Positions 23,452-30,790 of a stretch of 32,000 bases of DNA are shown here, one piece after another. The position numbers and the translations under genes are program-made. Below the pieces are notes generated by a model, which was not told the DNA's origin, made no database searches, and worked only from the letters and a program-made list of their open reading frames with translations. The stretch is from Candidatus Pacearchaeota archaeon (GTDB lineage Archaea; Nanobdellota; Nanobdellia; Pacearchaeales; GW2011-AR1): positions 5,777 to 37,776 of the forward strand of contig JACPLT010000022.1 of NCBI GenBank assembly GCA_016186365.1. Reading direction: 5' to 3'. Each line of letters begins with the position of its first letter. The stretch's first letter is position 1.

Positions 23452-23952
23452 ATGGCAAATGTAATGGAAGAGATAAGGATAGAAAAAGTTGTAATAAGTG
23501 TAAGCGGGACTGCGGAAAAGCTTGAAAAAGGAAGAAAATTGCTAGAAATATTGTCTGGAAAAAAACCTGCTAAAATGAAATCAACTAAAAGAATTCCCTC
23601 TCTAGGAGTCCGCCCGGGATTAGAAGTCGGAGCGCTAGTTACATTAAGAAGAAAACCTGCAATTGACCTTCTTAGAAGACTGCTTGCTGCTGTAGATGAT
23701 ACTCTTAAAAGAAGGCAGATTTCAGCAGGGACAGTTTCATTTGGGATAAAAGAGTATATTGAAATTCCAGGAATGCAGTATAACAGGGAGATTGGAATGG
23801 CAGGATTAGATGTGAGCATAAGCTTTTACAGATTGGGAAAGAGAGTTAAGATGAAAAAAATAAAGACTGGAAAGATACCTGCAAAAAACAAGATAAGCAA
23901 AGAAGAAGTTGAAGCATTTTTAGAAAATAAATTAGGAGTGAAATTAAGATGA
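23452..23952 (+). CDS. rpl5: 50S ribosomal protein L5 (uL5)
   Basis: IEKVVISVSG... and EYIEIPGMQYNREIGMAGLDVS. Confidence 0.9.
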   Translation: MANVMEEIRIEKVVISVSGTAEKLEKGRKLLEILSGKKPAKMKSTKRIPSLGVRPGLEVGALVTLRRKPAIDLLRRLLAAVDDTLKRRQISAGTVSFGIKEYIEIPGMQYNREIGMAGLDVSISFYRLGKRVKMKKIKTGKIPAKNKISKEEVEAFLENKLGVKLR

Positions 23953-24053
23953 AAAAACTTAAAAGTTTTTACCTATTAAATTTCAGGAGAAATTTAAGAT
24001 CCAGAAAATCTGATGATTTTCTGGCTTTTGATTTCCGGGGGAAATCAAAATGA
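23949..24053 (+). other. Relay ORF (34 codons, [34 protein letters not shown]) bridging rpl5 and rps14
   Basis: ATGA overlaps at both ends (23949-23952 and 24050-24053). Confidence 0.5.
23953..24049 (+). repeat. Hairpin cassette copy in permuted order: D (23953-23970), C' (23979-23994), B (24001-24024), C (24030-24046)
   Basis: D is AAAAACTT-AA-AAGTTTTT. C' is AATTTC-AGGA-GAAATT. B is CCAGAAAAT-CTGATG-ATTTTCTGG. C is GATTTCC-GGG-GGAAATC. Confidence 0.85.
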
Positions 24054-24280
24054 CTGCAAGCGACTGGAAGAAGATTACGAAACAGCTTAGAAATAAGAAA
24101 GCAAAACTAAGCAAATTCCTAAGACATAATAAACCGAAAGATAGAAAAACAGGAATAGCAAAATATAAATGTGAAAGATGCGGAAGGTTTGGGGCGCATA
24201 TTTCTTCATATAATCTAAATTTATGCAGACAATGCTTCAGAGAGATAGCTGAAGAAATTGGATTTAAAAAATACAGCTAG
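24050..24280 (+). CDS. rps14: 30S ribosomal protein S14 (uS14), zinc-binding type
   Basis: CERCGR...CRQCFRE (two CxxC pairs). Confidence 0.85.
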   Translation: MTASDWKKITKQLRNKKAKLSKFLRHNKPKDRKTGIAKYKCERCGRFGAHISSYNLNLCRQCFREIAEEIGFKKYS

Positions 24281-24288
24281 GAGAAAAA

Positions 24289-24666
24289 ATGAGCCAAGAC
24301 ACAATTTCAGATGGATTAAACCAGATAATGAACTGCAAAAGAGCAGGAAAAGATAATGTAGTCATAATTAGGTATTCAAAAGTTTTGATAAATGTACTGG
24401 AGATTGCGAAGAAACAAGGGTATTTAGATTATCAGCTTGATGAAAAAAATAAAGTATTAAGAGTGAAAATAAAAAGCCTGAATGAAGGCAGGGCAATAAA
24501 ACCAAGATTCTATGTTAAAGTTGAAGAAATTGAAAAATATGTAAGAAGATATCTTCCGTCAAGAGAGTTCGGGATAATCTTAATTTCAACAAGCAAGGGA
24601 TTAATTACACAGGCAGAAGCTTATGAAAAAAATATAGGGGGAAGCTTAGTAGCTTATTTTTACTGA
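24289..24666 (+). CDS. rps8: 30S ribosomal protein S8 (uS8)
   Basis: DTISDGLNQIMNCKRAGK N-terminus and GGSLVAYFY C-terminus. Confidence 0.9.
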   Translation: MSQDTISDGLNQIMNCKRAGKDNVVIIRYSKVLINVLEIAKKQGYLDYQLDEKNKVLRVKIKSLNEGRAIKPRFYVKVEEIEKYVRRYLPSREFGIILISTSKGLITQAEAYEKNIGGSLVAYFY

Positions 24667-25205
24667 TGGTGAGAAAACCGATAAAAGATGAAGTTGAAAT
24701 TCCAGAAGGAATGAACGCCGAGATAGTTGGAGATGTAATCAAGATAAGCAAAGATGGAAAGAGTGTTGAGAAAAAAATATGCTACGAAGCAAAGATAGAT
24801 GGAAAAAAGATAGTAATTGAATGCAAAAGCCCCAGTAAAAATGAAAAAAAGCTGATAAAAACTACAAAAGCACATATTAAGAATATGATCAGCGGATTAA
24901 ATGAAAAGTATGAGTATAAAATGCAAATTTGCGCGGTTCATTTTCCTATGACTGTAACAGCTGCAGGGAATGAAGTAATTATTAAAAATTTCCTTGGAGA
25001 AAAAAAAGAAAGAAGGGCACAGATAGTTCCGGATGTAGAAGTTAAAATAGAAAAGGAGTTTATCACAATTAAAAGTGCAAGCAAAGATAAGGCGGGGCAG
25101 ACTGCTGCAAATATTGAAAGAGCAACTAAAATAAAAAATAGAGACAGAAGAGTTTTTCAGGACGGGATATACATAACTGAAAAACAGAAGGGGGCTACAA
25201 GATGA
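24666..25205 (+). CDS. rpl6: 50S ribosomal protein L6 (uL6)
   Basis: TGATG junction with rps8, two-domain uL6 sequence, conserved order. Confidence 0.9.
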   Translation: MVRKPIKDEVEIPEGMNAEIVGDVIKISKDGKSVEKKICYEAKIDGKKIVIECKSPSKNEKKLIKTTKAHIKNMISGLNEKYEYKMQICAVHFPMTVTAAGNEVIIKNFLGEKKERRAQIVPDVEVKIEKEFITIKSASKDKAGQTAANIERATKIKNRDRRVFQDGIYITEKQKGATR

Positions 25206-25252
25206 AAAAACTGAAGTTTTTACCTCTTTCGTTCCGGGGGAACTCAAGATGA
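25202..25252 (+). other. Relay ORF (16 codons, MKKLKFLPLSFRGNSR) bridging rpl6 and rpl32e
   Basis: ATGA overlaps at both ends (25202-25205 and 25249-25252). Confidence 0.5.
25206..25248 (+). repeat. Minimal cassette: D (25206-25221, AAAAACT-GA-AGTTTTT) plus C (25231-25243, GTTCC-GGG-GGAAC)
   Basis: 25224-25251 is identical over 28 nt to 18551-18578 (the rpl2 leader). Confidence 0.85.
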
Positions 25253-25611
25253 AAAATATTAGATTTTTAAGAACAGGAACAAAAAGACACAAGAGATTGG
25301 GAAAGGCCAATAAAAATAAACAGATATGGAGAAGACCGAAAGGAAGGCACAATAAAATAAGGCAAAATGAAAAATCAAAACAAAGAAAAGTTCAAATTGG
25401 ATTCAGAAGCAAACCAGAAGAAAGAGGGAAGATAAAAGGCAAGCCGATGCTGCTAGTCCGGAATATTAAAGAAGCAGAAAATGTAAAGACAGGAGATTAT
25501 GTTATTATCGGAAAAATGGGAAAAAAGAAGAAAATAGAAATTGAAAAAGTCCTGGAAGATAAAAAAGCAGTCATACTTAACAAGAGGAAAGAAAATGAGC
25601 TTAAAAAATAA
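25249..25611 (+). CDS. rpl32e: 50S ribosomal protein L32e (eL32)
   Basis: WRRPKGRHNKIR motif. Confidence 0.85.
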   Translation: MKNIRFLRTGTKRHKRLGKANKNKQIWRRPKGRHNKIRQNEKSKQRKVQIGFRSKPEERGKIKGKPMLLVRNIKEAENVKTGDYVIIGKMGKKKKIEIEKVLEDKKAVILNKRKENELKK

Positions 25612-25981
25612 AAAAATGTTGATTTCAAGAGTACTGAATGTAGGAGTGGGAAGAATAAAACTTAATCCCAATGCTAAAACAGAGATAGAAGAAGCAATAA
25701 CTAGGCAGGACATCAGAGATTTAAAAGAACAGGGGATAATAAGGATTGAAGAAGTTAGTGGAAGAAAAATAGTGGAAAAGAGAAAGAAGAGAAGAGCAGG
25801 AAAAATAAAGAAGAGAGTTGAGGGAAAGGATAGTTATGTTGTGGTTACAAGAAAGTTGAGAGGGTATTTAAAAAATTTGAAGAGCAAGGGGCAGATAAGC
25901 AAGGAAAAATATTATGATTTAAGGAGAAAGACAAAAGCAAGGACTTTTAAGGGACTTTCGCACTTAAAGGAGTCAATATGA
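25595..25981 (+). CDS. rpl19e: 50S ribosomal protein L19e (eL19); start moved to ATG 25595
   Basis: MSLKNKKMLISRVLNVGVGRIKLNP is the typical eL19 N-terminus. The gene overlaps the rpl32e end by 17 nt. Confidence 0.85.
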   Translation: MSLKNKKMLISRVLNVGVGRIKLNPNAKTEIEEAITRQDIRDLKEQGIIRIEEVSGRKIVEKRKKRRAGKIKKRVEGKDSYVVVTRKLRGYLKNLKSKGQISKEKYYDLRRKTKARTFKGLSHLKESI

Positions 25982-26481
25982 TTAAAGTAAAAAAATTAAG
26001 AAGAAGAAAGGGAAAAACCGATTATAGAAGAAGGGTTGAGCTGCTGAAAAGCGGTAAACCGAGAATTGTATTTAGAAAAACAAATAAGTATATTATCGGG
26101 CAATTTGTCATGAGCAAAGAAGCTAAAGACATAGTAACTGAGGGGTTAACTTCAAAAAACCTGCTTAAATATGGCTGGCCAAAAGAAAATATAGGAAGCT
26201 TAAAATCATTAGGAGCCGCATATCTAACAGGATATTTGCTAGGAAAAAGAGTATTAGATAAAGAAGAGAAAGCGGAAGGTATACTAGATATTGGACTGAA
26301 TACCAGTGTAAAAAAATCCAAGATTTATGCTTTTTTGAAAGGGGTAAAAGAAGCAGGAGTAAAAATAGAGTGCGATGAAAAATTATTTCCTGATGAAAAA
26401 AGAATAATGGAAAGCGGGAAAATGAAAAAAGCAGATATTTTTAAAAAAATAAAGGGAGAGATAGATAAGAAACTGGCATAA
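25978..26481 (+). CDS. rpl18: 50S ribosomal protein L18 (uL18)
   Basis: RRRKGKTDYRRR motif and ATGA overlap with rpl19e. Confidence 0.88.
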   Translation: MIKVKKLRRRKGKTDYRRRVELLKSGKPRIVFRKTNKYIIGQFVMSKEAKDIVTEGLTSKNLLKYGWPKENIGSLKSLGAAYLTGYLLGKRVLDKEEKAEGILDIGLNTSVKKSKIYAFLKGVKEAGVKIECDEKLFPDEKRIMESGKMKKADIFKKIKGEIDKKLA

Positions 26482-26482
26482 A

Positions 26483-26599
26483 ATGATAAATAATGAATTA
26501 AATTTTGAGAGAAGTTCAGAAATGCACGAGGCAAATAGCATTTCTGAAATCCAGAAAATCGGGGATTTTCTGGCTTTTAAAAATCTGAGGATTTATTAA
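26483..26599 (+). other. Relay ORF (38 codons, MINNELNFERSSEMHEANSISEIQKIGDFLAFKNLRIY) spanning the rpl18-rps5 spacer
   Basis: It starts 1 nt after the rpl18 TAA and its own TAA ends 1 nt before the rps5 ATG (TAAAATG at both ends). Confidence 0.45.
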
Positions 26600-26600
26600 A
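26515..26600 (+). repeat. Hairpin cassette copy: A (26515-26548), B (26551-26573), SD-loop hairpin AAATC-TGAG-GATTT (26581-26594)
   Basis: A is TTCAGAAATGC/GCATTTCTGAA with loop ACGAGGCAAATA. B is CCAGAAAAT-CGGGG-ATTTTCTGG. Confidence 0.85.
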
Positions 26601-27305
26601 ATGGCAGAAGAACGCAGAGATAGAAGAAGAGACAACAGAAACCCAAGAGAATCAAGATATGGGAGAAAGAGAGAAGAGCCAGAGCCAAAGCCATGGGTGC
26701 CTAAGACAAAGATAGGAAAACTTGTGAAAGAGGGCAAAGAAAAAGATATAGACAAAGTTATAAAAGAGTATAAGATACTTGAGCCAGAAATTATAGATAA
26801 TTTGATAGAAGTTAAATCCGATTTATTAAGCATAGGACAATCAAAAGGAAAATTTGGCGGAGGAAAAAGAAGGGTATGGAGACAGACGCAGAGAAAAACT
26901 GCAGAAGGAAATGTTCCTACATTTGCCTGCTTGTCTGTTGTTGGCGACGAGAACGGGCATGTCGGCATGGGTTATGGAAAAGCCAAAGAGACACCTCCTG
27001 CCAGAGAAAAATCACTAAGAAATGCCAAACTAAATGTTTTTGCTGTGAAGAGAGGATGCGCAAGTTTTGACTGCTCATGCAACGAGTTCCATTCAATTCC
27101 TATGAAAGTTGAAGGAAAGTGCGGAAGCGTAAGAATCATTTTGATTCCTGCACCTCAAGGGACAGGATTAGTTATAGGGGACGAGTGCAAGAAAATTTTA
27201 AGACTGGCAGGAATAAAAGATATTTACAGCAAAAGATTCGGACAATCAAGAACTACAATAAATTATGCCAAGGCGTGCATTGATGCCTTGAAGAAGCTAA
27301 AATGA
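26601..27305 (+). CDS. rps5: 30S ribosomal protein S5 (uS5)
   Basis: Archaeal-type basic N-terminus, GKFGGGKRRVWRQTQRKT, and uS5 domains. Confidence 0.9.
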   Translation: MAEERRDRRRDNRNPRESRYGRKREEPEPKPWVPKTKIGKLVKEGKEKDIDKVIKEYKILEPEIIDNLIEVKSDLLSIGQSKGKFGGGKRRVWRQTQRKTAEGNVPTFACLSVVGDENGHVGMGYGKAKETPPAREKSLRNAKLNVFAVKRGCASFDCSCNEFHSIPMKVEGKCGSVRIILIPAPQGTGLVIGDECKKILRLAGIKDIYSKRFGQSRTTINYAKACIDALKKLK

Positions 27306-27724
27306 TTTGCATTATAAGAATACGCGGACAGATTGGAATAAGATATGACATAGATGAAACCTTATTTAGAATGGGAATTAGAAAGAAATATTCATGCATT
27401 GTTATAAAAGAGACTAAAGAAAATTTAGGAATGCTTGCTAAAATTGAAAATTTTGTAGCATACGGAAAGATAGACAAAGAAATACTGGCAGAACTTATTA
27501 AAAAAAGGGGAAAGGCAATAGGAAACAAGAAAATAGACGCAGAAAAAATAGCTTCAGAATTTGCAGAGGGAAAAATAGACAAAAGATTTTCAGAGCTGGG
27601 AATAAAAGATTTTTTTACACTGCATCCTGCAAGAGGCGGAATGGAGACAAAATTCCACTATCCAAAAGGAGTTTTAGGGAATAATAAAGAGGATATAGCT
27701 AAATTATTGAGGAGAATGTTATGA
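27302..27724 (+). CDS. rpl30: 50S ribosomal protein L30 (uL30)
   Basis: ICIIRIRGQIGIRYDIDETLFRMGIRKK and ATGA overlap with rps5. Confidence 0.85.
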   Translation: MICIIRIRGQIGIRYDIDETLFRMGIRKKYSCIVIKETKENLGMLAKIENFVAYGKIDKEILAELIKKRGKAIGNKKIDAEKIASEFAEGKIDKRFSELGIKDFFTLHPARGGMETKFHYPKGVLGNNKEDIAKLLRRML

Positions 27725-28029
27725 GGAAAAAAGGATTTATAGACAACTGCGCCGCAGCTTGCATTACATCTTTTTCGCAGTTCTCTATCTGTCTAACTGT
27801 ACTAAATTGTCATCTAACCAATGCAGTTATCCATAACAATAGGAGATTTGACAGCAAAAATTCATGCTTGGATAGTATGAATTTAGGCTGCTCAGAAATG
27901 CACGAAACAAATAGCATTTTTGAGACTTCAAGAACTTCAGTTCTTGATAGTTCTCAGAAATTAAAAATTTCTGAAATCCAGAAAATCGGGGATTTTCTGG
28001 CTTTTGATTTCCGGGGGAAATCAAAATGA
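27721..28029 (+). other. 102-codon relay ORF filling most of the rpl30-rpl15 spacer (not a conventional protein gene)
   Basis: Its ATG overlaps the rpl30 TGA (ATGA). Its last 44 codons (MHETNS...) run through hairpin modules A, A2, A3, B and C, and its TGA overlaps the next ATG. Confidence 0.45.
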
Positions 28030-28078
28030 AAAAAACAAATGAATTTTTTGCCTCATTAAATTTCAGGAGAAATTTAAG
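27891..28078 (+). repeat. Expanded hairpin cassette: A (27891-27924), A2 (27929-27946), A3 (27955-27973), B (27978-28000), C (28006-28022), C' (28059-28074)
   Basis: All stems are perfect except for one G-T (G-U) wobble in A. 27992-28029 equals 24016-24053 (38 nt), and 28055-28080 equals 23975-24000 (26 nt). Confidence 0.85.
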
Positions 28079-28082
28079 ATGA
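28026..28082 (+). other. Relay ORF (18 codons, MKKTNEFFASLNFRRNLR), the last link before rpl15
   Basis: ATGA overlaps at both ends (28026-28029 and 28079-28082). Confidence 0.45.
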
Positions 28083-28525
28083 AACTCAAAAAAAATAAAA
28101 AATCAGTAAGAATGAGAGGAACAAGGTTGCATGGCTGGGGAGCTAAAAAACATAAGGGAAAGGGGAATAGAGGAGGAAAGGGGTTTTCTGGAAGCGGAAA
28201 AAGAGCAGACCAGAAAAAAACTTATGTTTTGAAATATCATTTTCCTTATTTTGGAAAACAGGGATACACAAGCAGAAGCACAAAAAGAAACAAACTTCTG
28301 TTCATAAATGCAGGAAATATTGAAACAAGATATAAAGAGGGGGAAATTGATTTGAGCAAGTATAAGATACTGGGAGAGGGAGAGATTAAGAAGAAATATA
28401 TTATAAAAGCCAAAGGGGTTTCTAAATCTGCAAGAGAAAAAATAGAGAAAGCTGGCGGGAAAGTCATGGTTATTGGGGAAAAATTAAAAGAGACAAGAAA
28501 AATAGAAGAGAAAAAGAAAGTTTAA
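28079..28525 (+). CDS. rpl15: 50S ribosomal protein L15 (uL15)
   Basis: MRGTRLHGWGAKKHKGKGNRGGKGFSG. Confidence 0.88.
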   Translation: MKLKKNKKSVRMRGTRLHGWGAKKHKGKGNRGGKGFSGSGKRADQKKTYVLKYHFPYFGKQGYTSRSTKRNKLLFINAGNIETRYKEGEIDLSKYKILGEGEIKKKYIIKAKGVSKSAREKIEKAGGKVMVIGEKLKETRKIEEKKKV

Positions 28526-28550
28526 ATACTAAATTTTTTTATTAATTATC

Positions 28551-29933
28551 ATGAATTTAAACACAATTTTGCATAATTTGCCTGAAATTCAGGGACCAGT
28601 AGAAAAGAAGCTCGCTTTTAACACCAAGCTTAAATGGACTTTAATTGTTCTTGCAGCTTTTTTTATTCTTGCGAATATACCCTTATATGGAATTGCTCAA
28701 AACTCTCTTGATAGATTTGAATATCTTGCGATTATACTAGGAACAGATTTTGGAAGCATAATCTCCCTTGGAATTGGGCCGATTGTTATGGCATCTATCA
28801 TCTTGCAATTGTTAGTTGGAAGTAAGATACTTAATATTGATTTGAAAAGCCCGGATGGAAAGAAATATTTTCAGGGGCTGCAAAAGATAGCAGTATTCTT
28901 TTTTATAATATTTGAGGCATTAGTGTATGTTTTAATGCAGGGGCTGGCAGCAGTTCCAGGATACGCACCAATTGTTATATTCCAGTTATTTTTAGGGGGG
29001 CTAGTAATTGTATTTATGGATGAACTTGTAAGCAAGTGGGGATTTGGCTCTGGAGTTAGTTTATTTATCGCTGCAGGAGTTGGTTGGAGATTATTTACTG
29101 GAATGTTCCAGTTCATAAGCCCGGGAGGAAATTGCTTGCTAGATTTTGACGGGACACCTTGCGCAGGAAAGATATTAATTATTTTCCAGTCTATCATAAG
29201 CCAGAATCCTACTGAAGCACTAAAAGCTGTCGCGGTTTTAGCTGTGACTGCGGGAATATTTTTAGTTATAGTCTGGGCACAATCACTCAAAGTAGAAATT
29301 CCGCTGTCATTTGATAGATTGAGGGGTTATGGAATGAAGTGGCCATTATCTTTCTTTTACACTTCAAATATGCCTGTAATATTAGTTGCAGCTCTTGCTG
29401 CAAATATTCAGTTATTTGCAGGACTGATTGAGAGCTGGCTCGGACATCCTACATTTTTAGGAACTTTTTCACAAGGACAGCCTGTTGCAGGTTTTGCTTT
29501 TTGGATATCTTCGGTGAATATTTTAGATAATCTTATATCCGGCAGTTTTAGAAGTATATTTGCATTGCAAGCACTAACTCACATTATCTTTTATATCGGG
29601 CTTTCTGTTGTTTTTGCATTATTCTGGGTGAAGACATCTGGAATGGATGCTTCCAGCCAGGCAAGGAACATAATGTCTTCTGGATTGCAGATTCCGGGAT
29701 TTAGGAAAGACGAAAGAGTTTTAGAAGTAGTTTTGTCAAGATATATCTTGCCATTGACAGTGATGGGCGGAGCAGCAGTTGGATTGTTGGCTTCTGCTGC
29801 AGATTTGCTCGGAGCATTAACATCTGGGACAGCAATATTGCTTGCAACAATGATAATTTACCAGTTCTACCAGAATATCGCGCAACAGCATGCGATGGAT
29901 ATGCATCCTTCTCTGAAGAAGATGATGGCATAG
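28551..29933 (+). CDS. secY: Protein translocase subunit SecY
   Basis: Ten-TM SecY/Sec61alpha-like sequence in the conserved position after rpl15. Confidence 0.92.
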   Translation: MNLNTILHNLPEIQGPVEKKLAFNTKLKWTLIVLAAFFILANIPLYGIAQNSLDRFEYLAIILGTDFGSIISLGIGPIVMASIILQLLVGSKILNIDLKSPDGKKYFQGLQKIAVFFFIIFEALVYVLMQGLAAVPGYAPIVIFQLFLGGLVIVFMDELVSKWGFGSGVSLFIAAGVGWRLFTGMFQFISPGGNCLLDFDGTPCAGKILIIFQSIISQNPTEALKAVAVLAVTAGIFLVIVWAQSLKVEIPLSFDRLRGYGMKWPLSFFYTSNMPVILVAALAANIQLFAGLIESWLGHPTFLGTFSQGQPVAGFAFWISSVNILDNLISGSFRSIFALQALTHIIFYIGLSVVFALFWVKTSGMDASSQARNIMSSGLQIPGFRKDERVLEVVLSRYILPLTVMGGAAVGLLASAADLLGALTSGTAILLATMIIYQFYQNIAQQHAMDMHPSLKKMMA

Positions 29934-29974
29934 ACCTAGTTTATTAAAAATTTTATTATTTTGGTTAAATGAAG

Positions 29975-30682
29975 TTATTTTTTTCTAATATAAAAATATC
30001 CTAGAATTACTCCCACGATTAACAAAATTGAGCCCACAACATTAGAAGTAGAAACAGTTAAATTTCCAACTGCATTTCCAGTAACAATAGGGGACAAAAA
30101 AAATAACCCCATAGTTATAAAAATTAGCGAGGAAACTCCAGACTCTGCTATTTTTTCCAAAAGGCGCTTTTTAGGCGGATCTCTTTCAACTGACTTTCTT
30201 AGTCTTTCTTTATACTCTGGAGTGTTATGACCTGGCGGTGCTTCACTAGCAAGATCGTAGCATCGACTTGCCTCTTGAATAAGAGAATTATATGCATTTT
30301 CAGGGGTGTCATGATCAAGACCATAACCTCCGCTTAAAACTTTCATCTTCCCAGTGGCATCCAGGATTTCACCAGCTACTTTTTTTATGTGTTTCATATA
30401 GTCATGTCGCATTGGTTCGTTTCCAGCACTGACAAACTCCTGCTCTCCACCATTAGTAAGAAATGAATTAACCTCATAAGCCAATCTTTTCAATCGGTGT
30501 AATTCTTTAACTGCTAAATCAATATCAGGATTGCGATTAGAATCAGCAGGAGGTTTTACTCTTTTTGCTTCTTCTGAAATATCGAGAAATCTTTTATCAA
30601 GTTTATGTATATAATCTACTGTTGCCCATGCATCCTCATCATCCCGATTTTCTTTATGTCTGTCTCTTTTTTCTGATGCCAT
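29975..30682 (-). CDS. Hypothetical protein with a charged soluble N-domain and two C-terminal TM helices
   Basis: 235-aa ORF. TTTTTAAAC lies 29 nt upstream of the ATG, consistent with a leaderless transcript. Confidence 0.6.
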   Translation of the reverse strand: MASEKRDRHKENRDDEDAWATVDYIHKLDKRFLDISEEAKRVKPPADSNRNPDIDLAVKELHRLKRLAYEVNSFLTNGGEQEFVSAGNEPMRHDYMKHIKKVAGEILDATGKMKVLSGGYGLDHDTPENAYNSLIQEASRCYDLASEAPPGHNTPEYKERLRKSVERDPPKKRLLEKIAESGVSSLIFITMGLFFLSPIVTGNAVGNLTVSTSNVVGSILLIVGVILGYFYIRKK

Positions 30683-30752
30683 GCTTTATTTAAATTATTG
30701 CAGTTTAAAAATCTTTTGGCGTTAGTAAATCTTTAATCAAAATAAGGTGACC

Positions 30753-30784
30753 GCCGAAAGATTTATATAGTAAGATTAATCTTA
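30753..30784 (+). promoter_or_regulatory. Promoter CCGAAAGATTTATATAG followed by the perfect palindrome TAAGATTAATCTTA (30771-30784), a candidate antitoxin operator
   Basis: The first T of the TATA is at 30762, exactly 29 nt before ATG 30791. The palindrome sits between the TATA and the start. Confidence 0.55.
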
Positions 30785-30790
30785 CATTAT

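Noticed and set aside
24001-24024. CTGATG in the hairpin B loop considered as a C-box or K-turn (L7Ae site, C/D sRNA)
   Set aside because: The motif is present in only one of the five B copies; the other loops are CAGGG, CGGGG and TAAGA. No matching D box or guide arrangement was found.
26574-26600. The T-rich motif after hairpin B (CTTTTAAAAAT; also 3624-3631) considered as an internal TATA box giving leaderless rps5/rpl1 transcripts, with hairpin B plus the T-run acting as a terminator
   Set aside because: The spacing from the first T to the ATG is 24-26 nt, against a consistent 29-30 nt at the clear promoters. The predicted start site would therefore fall inside the coding sequence. The variant copies (rpl2, rps14, rpl32e) lack the A/T box, and the T-run is only 4 nt. 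Attenuation cannot be excluded without transcript mapping.
27721-28029. The 102-aa ORF from the six-frame track, taken as an ordinary protein-coding gene
   Set aside because: Its last 44 codons run through hairpin modules A, A2, A3, B and C, most of which recur in other spacers. Its composition (Cys-rich, few Lys/Glu) is unlike every other protein in the window. It sits exactly between ATGA junctions. It is reported as a relay ORF and structured spacer instead.
3565-28078. Recurring hairpin repeats considered as a possible CRISPR array
   Set aside because: The copies are 1-15 kb apart and sit at gene junctions. They are not arranged as constant-length direct repeats separated by uniform spacers. 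No cas genes are present.
17362-29290. Numerous antisense ORFs within the ribosomal-protein operon and secY (for example 17362-17670, 18761-19204, 20421-20786, 21909-22397, 23433-23819, 24897-25352, 26516-26968, 28871-29290)
   Set aside because: They are the Phe/Leu/Ser-rich mirror images of Lys/Glu-rich genes. They have no start signals, and each lies entirely within a well-supported gene on the + strand.
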